64,000 nucleotides of DNA, from NCBI GenBank assembly GCA_028825365.1, contig JAPKAF010000001.1, forward strand, positions 22,444 through 86,443, written 5' to 3'. The notes beneath the pieces are model-generated. The model was not told the DNA's origin. It did no database searches and saw nothing but the letters and a program-made list of their open reading frames with translations. The DNA comes from Flavobacteriaceae bacterium. GTDB lineage: Bacteria; Bacteroidota; Bacteroidia; Flavobacteriales; Flavobacteriaceae. Numbering within the stretch: position 1 is the stretch's first letter; each line of letters begins with the position of its first letter. The position numbers and the translations under genes are program-made. Below are positions 57,666 to 64,000 of the stretch, piece by piece.

Positions 57666-58861
57666 ATAATATTATTAATATTGTTATAATCTATTTTAAA
57701 TAATTCTTGAATCATCTTATTAGTATTTAATCCGTTAAATAAGTAAACACCATTTTTTAATGAATTATTATTTCTTATAAAATTCTCAAAACTACCATAC
57801 TTTACTGACTTGATTAAATATGGAGTTAGAATATTACTCAAACAAATAGATGATGTCCTTGAATACCTAGAAGTTATATTAGGAACGCAGTAATGGATTA
57901 CTTCGTGCTCTACAAATGTTGGCTTGTCATGACTTGTTATTCTACTTGTCTCAAAGACACCAATGGTGTCCAAACTAGTATCTATTATAACAGCACCTTT
58001 TTTCATTTTCATTACCATTTCCTCACTAACTATCTGTTTAGTAGTCTCGTTATCTTTTACAGCCCCAATTGCTACGTCACATCTCATCAAGGCCTTTGTA
58101 AGTTGTTTTTTTTGTATTGTAGAGGTGTAAATAGGTTTTTTAATTAATTTTTGAATTTCATTTAATCTAAAAATTGAATTACTAAAGATTTTAACCCTTG
58201 CTCCAAGTTTTGTTGCAGTAATAGCCGCAGATTCGGCCACTTTATCAGATCCAATTATCACTACATCAGTAGGAGGGACCCCACTTAAATTGCCGAAAAA
58301 CAATCCTTTACCGCTATTGCTAGTGTTTGATAATAATTCAGAAGATATCAAGACAGAAGCTTGTCCAGAAATCTCACTCTGTTGACTGACAATTGGGAAT
58401 GAACCATCTCTTTCTTTTATAAACTCAAAGGCAATACAAGTTATTTTTTTACTAATTAATACTTTTAAATTATTTAAGGAATGCTCCGTTAAATCTAAAG
58501 CAGATATTAGTATTGAGTTTTGTTTAATTAAATTAATTTCTAAATCATTTGGTGGCGCTATTTTTAAAATTATAGGACAATTGTATATGTCCTCTTTATT
58601 ATTTACTATAATCGCCCCAGCTTCAGAGTAATCTAAATCAGTAAAATTTGATCCATCACCAGCTCCGGATTCTATATTAATCTTAAAATCATTTGATGTA
58701 AGGTAGCTAACAGAATCAGGGGTTAAGCAGATTCTTTTTTCATTTTCAGAGTCTTCTTTTGGTACTCCAATAATGAACTCTTTTTTTATTTGAGTTAATT
58801 CTAGCCTTTCTTCCTGTGGAATTAGTTGTTCCTTACTAAATGGATAATTAATTTTATTCAT
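57662..58861 (-). CDS. alanine dehydrogenase / PNT-alpha family NAD(P) enzyme
   Basis: 399 aa with the N-terminal pattern IGVPKEDSENEKRICLTPDSV and the Rossmann motif VVIIGSDKVAESAA. Confidence 0.6.
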   Translation of the reverse strand: MNKINYPFSKEQLIPQEERLELTQIKKEFIIGVPKEDSENEKRICLTPDSVSYLTSNDFKINIESGAGDGSNFTDLDYSEAGAIIVNNKEDIYNCPIILKIAPPNDLEINLIKQNSILISALDLTEHSLNNLKVLISKKITCIAFEFIKERDGSFPIVSQQSEISGQASVLISSELLSNTSNSGKGLFFGNLSGVPPTDVVIIGSDKVAESAAITATKLGARVKIFSNSIFRLNEIQKLIKKPIYTSTIQKKQLTKALMRCDVAIGAVKDNETTKQIVSEEMVMKMKKGAVIIDTSLDTIGVFETSRITSHDKPTFVEHEVIHYCVPNITSRYSRTSSICLSNILTPYLIKSVKYGSFENFIRNNNSLKNGVYLFNGLNTNKMIQELFKIDYNNINNII

Positions 58862-59273
58862 TTAAAATTATTTCTATTGTTCTTCTATCTCCTTTTATTT
58901 CTGTAAAATTAATCAAATTCACATTATCTGGTATTAAGTTAGGTATTTTTTCTGCCCATTCGATAAAACACCAGACATCTTCTCTTAAATAATCTTCAAA
59001 ACCAATATCAAATGCTTCTATTTCATTTTTAATTCTGTAAAAATCAAAATGATAGACTACAGAATCTTTTGTTTCATACTCATTTACTAACGAAAAACTT
59101 GGACTAGACACGGAGTCATTACTACCTAATTCATTTACAATAGCTTTTATTAGAGTTGTTTTTCCAGAACCCATTGGTCCGTTAAATAAGAGATATTTAC
59201 TATTAATATTATTTAAAATAAAATTTACAGCTAAGCCAATATCACTAATTTTATAATACAATGTTTTATTCAT
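58854..59273 (-). CDS. tsaE: tRNA t6A37 biosynthesis ATPase TsaE
   Basis: 139 aa with the Walker A motif GPMGSGKTT and SPSFSLVNEY...HFDFYR. Confidence 0.8.
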   Translation of the reverse strand: MNKTLYYKISDIGLAVNFILNNINSKYLLFNGPMGSGKTTLIKAIVNELGSNDSVSSPSFSLVNEYETKDSVVYHFDFYRIKNEIEAFDIGFEDYLREDVWCFIEWAEKIPNLIPDNVNLINFTEIKGDRRTIEIILNE

Positions 59274-59275
59274 GA

Positions 59276-60820
59276 TTACTTTGGATCTAACACAACATAT
59301 GGGATTATGATTTCTTCCATTGATACGCCGCCGTGCTGGTATGTGTCTTTAAAATAAGAGACATAGTGGTTAAAATTGTTAGGATAAGCAAAAAAATTAT
59401 CATCTTTAGCAAAAACAAAAGGACTGTTTATAGATACCGATGGTAGGCCTATAGTAGATGGATTAACAAATGATATTACTTCCTTGTCGTTATAAGACAA
59501 GCTTCTACCTGTTTTGTATCTGAGGTTCGAACTTAAGTCTTTATTTCCGATTACTCTAGTTGGATTCTTTACATTAATAGTTCCATGATCTGTAGTTATT
59601 AATAGCTTAATATTTAATTCACTCGCTTGTTTAATAATACCCATAAGTGGAGAATTGATAAACCAACTTGCTGTCAATGATCTATAGCTTTTATCATCTG
59701 AAGCTAATTCTTTAATCATCTCCATCTCCGTTTTAGAGTGAGAAAGCATGTCAACAAAATTATAAACTAGAACTATTAAATCATTTTCAAGTTTTGAATT
59801 AAAATCTTCCTCAAGTTTTTTACCTTTTTTAAGATTTGTTATTTTAATATATTCTGTTTTTAAATTAGATAAACCAAGAGTTTTTAAGTTTTCTAAAAGT
59901 AATTCTTTTTCATAGAGATTTTTGCCACCTTCTTCGTGATCAAACTTCCAGTATTGAGGAAATTTTTTATATATATCTAAGGGCATTAATCCAGAAAACA
60001 ATGAATTTCTAGCGTATTGAGTTGCAGTTGGTAAAATACTAAAATAGGCCTCTTCATTAGATTTGTTATAATATTTTAAAACATGTGGTTCTATTGTTTT
60101 CCATTGGTCATATCTTAAATTATCAATTACAATAAATAATGTTTTTTCACTGGTTGATATATCTTTTATTAAGCGTTCAGATATTAATTTGTTAGAAAAT
60201 AGTGGTTTATCTAAATCATTATTAACCCAATTCTCATAGTTTTTATCTATAAACTTTGCGAAAGCAATATTACATTCCGTTTTTTGAGACGCTAATATTT
60301 CTTGCATAGTGGATTCATCTGTATCATTTAATTGCAATTCCCAATAAATCAATTTTAAATATAAGTTAACCCAGTCCTTATAGCTATTTGCTTGAGTTAG
60401 TTCATTTGTGATATTTCTAAACTCTTGTTGATAATTTGTTAAAGTTTTCTCTGAAACTAATTCATTTTTAGATATTGATTTTTTTAAACTTAATAAGATT
60501 TGATTAGGGTTGACAGGCTTAATCAAATAATCTGATATTTTATTCCCAATAGCATCTTCCATTATATTTTCCTCTTCACTTTTTGTAATCATAATAACAG
60601 GAACATTGTAGTCTAACTCATTAATTTTATTTAAAACCTCTAATCCACTTAAGCCATTCATGTTTTCATCTAATAATACGGCTGAATAGCTGTTATTTTT
60701 AAACATTTCAATGCCTTCCACACCATTATTAGAAGTGTCTAGTGAATAGCCCTTATCCTCAAGAAACATTAAGTGAGGTTTTAGTAACTCTATTTCATCA
60801 TCTATCCAAAGAATTTTCAT
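59276..60820 (-). CDS. porX: response regulator with a PglZ (alkaline-phosphatase superfamily) output domain, PorX-like
   Basis: 514 aa with an N-terminal receiver (ILWIDDE...LLDENMNG...ITKS) and a large C-terminal PglZ-type domain (VIDNLRYDQW...TDHGT). Confidence 0.75.
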   Translation of the reverse strand: MKILWIDDEIELLKPHLMFLEDKGYSLDTSNNGVEGIEMFKNNSYSAVLLDENMNGLSGLEVLNKINELDYNVPVIMITKSEEENIMEDAIGNKISDYLIKPVNPNQILLSLKKSISKNELVSEKTLTNYQQEFRNITNELTQANSYKDWVNLYLKLIYWELQLNDTDESTMQEILASQKTECNIAFAKFIDKNYENWVNNDLDKPLFSNKLISERLIKDISTSEKTLFIVIDNLRYDQWKTIEPHVLKYYNKSNEEAYFSILPTATQYARNSLFSGLMPLDIYKKFPQYWKFDHEEGGKNLYEKELLLENLKTLGLSNLKTEYIKITNLKKGKKLEEDFNSKLENDLIVLVYNFVDMLSHSKTEMEMIKELASDDKSYRSLTASWFINSPLMGIIKQASELNIKLLITTDHGTINVKNPTRVIGNKDLSSNLRYKTGRSLSYNDKEVISFVNPSTIGLPSVSINSPFVFAKDDNFFAYPNNFNHYVSYFKDTYQHGGVSMEEIIIPYVVLDPK

Positions 60821-60946
60821 ATTTAAGTAATTATTATTAATATAATATTAAACGTATAAATTTAAACAATTATTACAATCAAATAAATATATGTCTTTTA
60901 TATAATCATACATTATGATTTAGCGCATGTTTTACCATATTTTTCA

Positions 60947-60954
60947 TATTTTTG
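60947..60954 (+). promoter_or_regulatory. -7 box (TATTTTTG) for the lpx operon
   Basis: Perfect TAnnTTTG lying 6 nt upstream of ATG 60961. The track's TTG start (60952) lies inside the box. Confidence 0.4.
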
Positions 60955-60960
60955 CAGAGT

Positions 60961-61944
60961 ATGGAATATACTTCTTTAAAAATAGCCGAATATTTAAATG
61001 GTAAACTTGAAGGTAACTCTAGTTTGGTTGTTTCTAATGTTGCAAAAATTGAAGAAGCTGACAAAAATTCTATTACATTTCTATCCAATAAGAAATACAC
61101 TTCACTAGTCTACAAAACTAAAGCTGCTCTAATAGTAGTGGATAAAGATTTTAAAGCTGAATCAGATATAATTCCGATGTTGATTAGAGTAGACAATGCT
61201 TATATCGGCTTTGTTAAATTATTACACCTGTTTAACACTACTACTGAAATAAAGTCCGGGGTTAGTAAACTTTCTGAAGTATCTAAAACCGCTCTAACTA
61301 GCAATAATATTTTTGTTGGTGCTTTTTCAATAATTAGCTCAGGAGCTCAAATACTTGATAATGTTCAAATTCATGAAAACGTATTTATAGGTGAAAATGT
61401 AAAGATTGGTAACAATACCATAATTTACTCAGGTGCCAATATTTTAAAAGATTCCGTTATTGGAGACAACTGTATTATTAATTCAAATGCAGTTATTGGT
61501 TCTGATGGATTTGGATTTGCACCTGATAAAAAAGGTGTCTATATTAAAATACCTCAAATTGGTAATGTTATAATAAAAAACAATGTTAGTGTTGGTGCAT
61601 TAACTTCAATTGATAGAGCAACTTTAGGGTCAACTATTATACATGAAGGAGTTAAACTTGATAATCAAATTCAAATTGCTCATAACGTAGTTATTGGTAA
61701 AAATACCGTAATAGCTGCCCAGTGTGGAATAGCAGGATCTTCAAAAATTGGAGAAAATTGTCAAATTGGAGGACAAGCTGGTGTTAGTGGTCATTTGACA
61801 GTTGGTGATAATGTTACTATATTAGGTAAATCTGCCGTAACAAGCAATGTGAAGAGTAACACAACTGTTAAAGGTTCTCCTGCATTTGATGCATTAGCCT
61901 TTAATAAATCGTATGTGCATTTTAAAAATTTAAATAATAAATAA
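60961..61944 (+). CDS. lpxD: UDP-3-O-acylglucosamine N-acyltransferase
   Basis: The N-terminus YTSLKIAEYLNGKLEG and long hexapeptide (LbH) repeats point to LpxD. Gene order is lpxD-lpxC/fabZ-lpxA. Confidence 0.9.
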   Translation: MEYTSLKIAEYLNGKLEGNSSLVVSNVAKIEEADKNSITFLSNKKYTSLVYKTKAALIVVDKDFKAESDIIPMLIRVDNAYIGFVKLLHLFNTTTEIKSGVSKLSEVSKTALTSNNIFVGAFSIISSGAQILDNVQIHENVFIGENVKIGNNTIIYSGANILKDSVIGDNCIINSNAVIGSDGFGFAPDKKGVYIKIPQIGNVIIKNNVSVGALTSIDRATLGSTIIHEGVKLDNQIQIAHNVVIGKNTVIAAQCGIAGSSKIGENCQIGGQAGVSGHLTVGDNVTILGKSAVTSNVKSNTTVKGSPAFDALAFNKSYVHFKNLNNK

Positions 61945-61945
61945 A

Positions 61946-63346
61946 ATGATTACTACAGAAATCAAACAAACAACAATAGCTAAACCAATCTCTTTAACTG
62001 GGGTAGGTTTGCATACTGGACAAGATGTTAAGTTAACTTTCAAGCCTGCTATTGCTAATAATGGTTATACTTTTACTAGAGTTGACTTAGAAGGTAGTCC
62101 TATTATTGAAGCTAACATTAACTTCGTTACTAGCACGCAAAGAGGTACTGTTTTAGAAAAAAATGGTGTAACAATTCAAACTTGTGAACATGTTCTAGCT
62201 GCTTTAGTTGGATTAGAAATTGATAATGTTAATATAGAGTTAAGCTCTTCTGAACCTCCAATCATGGACGGTTCATCAAAATACTTTGTTGAAGCGCTAG
62301 AGTCAGCAGGATTAGTAGATCTTGAAGTTTTTAGACAAGAATACGTTGTAAAAAATGTTATTACTTATAAAGATAATAAATCAGGTAGTGAGATTACAAT
62401 TATTCCAAGCGATCATTATGAAGTAACAACTATGGTGGATTTTGGCACTAAAATTCTTGGGACACAAAATGCAACCTTAAGTAATTTAAAAGATTTCAAA
62501 AAAGAGATCTCAAACTCAAGGACTTTTAGTTTTCTTCATGAGATTGAAATGCTACTAAATGAAGGATTAATTAAAGGTGGAGATTTAAATAATGCCATAG
62601 TCTATGTAGATAAAGAACTATCTGAATCTACAATGGAAAAATTAAAAATCGCTTTCAATAAAGAGCATATAAAAGTAAAGTCAAATGGGATACTTGACAA
62701 CTTAACATTACATTATCCAAATGAGGCTGCAAGACATAAATTACTTGATGTAGTTGGAGATTTAGCACTTGCAGGTGTTAGACTTAGAGGTAAAGTTATA
62801 GCGAATAAGCCAGGACATTATGTAAATACACAGTTTGCTAAAAAGCTTAGTGATATTATAAAAATAGAAAGAAAAAACAATGTTCCTGTTATTGATTTAA
62901 CTAAAGAGCCAATAATGGATACAACTAGAATAATGGAAGTTCTTCCTCATAGACCACCATTTTTATTTGTTGATAAAATTTATGAGTTAACAAGCTCTAA
63001 AGTAATTGGATTAAAAAATGTAACTATAAATGAAACTTTCTTTCAAGGCCATTTCCCTGGTTTCCCTGTGATGCCTGGTGTTCTCATTGTAGAGGCAATG
63101 GCTCAAATTGGAGGTATTCTTGTTTTAAACACATTTGAAAACCCGGAGGATTATTTGACGTTCTTTGCGAAAATTGATAAGGTAAAATTTAAAAATAAAG
63201 TATTTCCCGGTGACACAATAATATTTAAATGCACATTAATTTCGCCTATTAGAAGAGGTATTTGCCATATGCAAGGATATGCATATGTAAATGGTAAACT
63301 TTGTGCAGAAGCTGAATTAATAGCTCAAATAACTAAAGTTAAATAA
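61946..63346 (+). CDS. lpxC: bifunctional UDP-3-O-acyl-GlcNAc deacetylase / 3-hydroxyacyl-ACP dehydratase
   Basis: 466 aa. The N-terminal LpxC domain has GVGLHTG and HKLLD..GDL, and the C-terminal FabZ hotdog domain has LPHRPPFLFVDK and FFQGHFPGFPVMPGVL. Confidence 0.9.
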   Translation: MITTEIKQTTIAKPISLTGVGLHTGQDVKLTFKPAIANNGYTFTRVDLEGSPIIEANINFVTSTQRGTVLEKNGVTIQTCEHVLAALVGLEIDNVNIELSSSEPPIMDGSSKYFVEALESAGLVDLEVFRQEYVVKNVITYKDNKSGSEITIIPSDHYEVTTMVDFGTKILGTQNATLSNLKDFKKEISNSRTFSFLHEIEMLLNEGLIKGGDLNNAIVYVDKELSESTMEKLKIAFNKEHIKVKSNGILDNLTLHYPNEAARHKLLDVVGDLALAGVRLRGKVIANKPGHYVNTQFAKKLSDIIKIERKNNVPVIDLTKEPIMDTTRIMEVLPHRPPFLFVDKIYELTSSKVIGLKNVTINETFFQGHFPGFPVMPGVLIVEAMAQIGGILVLNTFENPEDYLTFFAKIDKVKFKNKVFPGDTIIFKCTLISPIRRGICHMQGYAYVNGKLCAEAELIAQITKVK

Positions 63347-64000
63347 ATGAAACAACCCTTAGCATATATACATCCAAGCGCTAAAATTGCAAAAAATGTA
63401 GTTATTGAGCCATTCACAACAATAGATGGCAATGTTACTATTGGACAAGGAACATGGATAGGTCCAAATGTAACCATTATGGATGGCGCTAGAATTGGAA
63501 AAAATTGCAGTATATTTCCAGGCTCTGTAATTGCTGCTACTCCACAAGATTTAAAATATAATGGAGAAGAAACAACTGTAGAAATTGGAGATAATGTTAC
63601 CATCAGAGAATGTGTTACCATTAACAGAGGAACTACTGACAGAATGAAGACTGTTATTGGTAATAATTGTTTAATAATGGCTTACTGTCACGTAGCCCAT
63701 GATTGCATAGTAGGAGATAATTGTATATTTTCAAATAATTCAACTCTTGCAGGTCATGTCACAGTAGGGGATTATGTTATTATTTCAGGAATGGCAGCAG
63801 TTCATCAATTTTGTTCTATTGGTGACCATGCTTTTGTTACTGGTGGATCATTAGTTAGAAAAGATGTCCCTCCTTATGTAAAAGCGGCTAGAGAACCACT
63901 TTCTTATGTTGGAATAAACTCTGTTGGTTTGAGAAGAAGAGGTTTTGATTCAAAAAAAATATCTGAAATACAGAATATATACAGGTATCTATATCAAAAG
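63347..64000 (+). CDS. lpxA: acyl-ACP--UDP-GlcNAc O-acyltransferase (3' partial, runs off the window)
   Basis: ATG 63347, 1 nt after the lpxC/fabZ stop. My translation is [42 protein letters not shown]..., with hexapeptide repeats and the LpxA-type C-terminal start [15 protein letters not shown]. It is missing from the track because it has no stop in the window. Confidence 0.9.
   Translation, partial: MKQPLAYIHPSAKIAKNVVIEPFTTIDGNVTIGQGTWIGPNVTIMDGARIGKNCSIFPGSVIAATPQDLKYNGEETTVEIGDNVTIRECVTINRGTTDRMKTVIGNNCLIMAYCHVAHDCIVGDNCIFSNNSTLAGHVTVGDYVIISGMAAVHQFCSIGDHAFVTGGSLVRKDVPPYVKAAREPLSYVGINSVGLRRRGFDSKKISEIQNIYRYLYQK

Noticed and set aside
933-63621. 28 short track ORFs lying inside, or running across the edge of, longer well-supported genes, mostly antisense to them. 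Coordinates: 933-1202, 4749-4952, 5550-5738, 6888-7070, 7233-7466, 11790-12116, 17402-17719, 18135-18317, 18832-19038, 19160-19354, 20025-20207, 21501-21728, 22388-22603, 22922-23113, 33670-33963, 37044-37280, 37595-37777, 41782-41997, 43333-43578, 44047-44235, 44700-44963, 47996-48235, 48749-48949, 51722-51919, 57893-58147, 60906-61100, 63325-63621, 63359-63547.
   Set aside because: All overlap genes with clear family motifs. Their translations are low-complexity, Ile/Leu/Phe/Ser-rich shadow sequences typical of AT-rich genomes, and they have no promoter boxes or recognisable domains.
1-64000. Search for CRISPR arrays, tRNA or rRNA genes, IS elements, integrases, phage genes, toxin-antitoxin pairs or known defence systems.
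   Set aside because: No periodic repeat-spacer pattern was seen. No gap is large enough for an RNA gene except 9837-10543, which lacks any tRNA-like GC-rich stems. No transposase, integrase, restriction or nuclease-helicase motifs appear in any ORF. The window appears to be core chromosome.

Overview
This is a low-GC (roughly 30% by eye, not computed), very tightly packed chromosomal segment. It looks like a marine Flavobacteriia (Bacteroidota) genome. Supporting signs are a PorX-type receiver-PglZ regulator, a fused lpxC-fabZ inside an lpxD-lpxC/fabZ-lpxA cluster, a CarboxypepD_reg-type outer-membrane receptor, many TAnnTTTG -7 promoter boxes, and no Shine-Dalgarno sequences at start codons. 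I read about 60 protein genes, nearly all housekeeping: ettA, FTCD and hutI, fumC, prfB, ltaE, uvrA, nth, bcp, msrA, serA-serC, ychF, parE-parC, aroB, proline dehydrogenase, tsaE and lpx genes. There are also several secreted peptidases (M24, a metzincin-like 805-aa protease, S10, M14) and envelope glycosylation genes. I saw no rRNA, tRNA, CRISPR array, transposase, integrase, phage gene or recognisable defence gene, and no compositional island. I therefore cannot honestly claim a clear novel multi-gene system. The best leads are: (1) prfB is split in the ORF track by a textbook programmed +1 frameshift site. (2) A CBS-like PLP enzyme plus an alpha-oxoamine-synthase pair looks like capnine sulfonolipid genes capA/capB. 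(3) Abutting that pair is a translationally coupled outer-membrane hydrophobic-channel plus GNAT-like operon of unknown function. (4) A DUF4834-YfhO(GT-C)-GT4-flippase operon has an unknown acceptor. (5) A roughly 700-nt region without track ORFs carries three hand-found small membrane-protein ORFs. (6) A dihydroorotase-like gene has lost its HxH metal motif. All functional calls come from motif recognition by eye and no database search was run.
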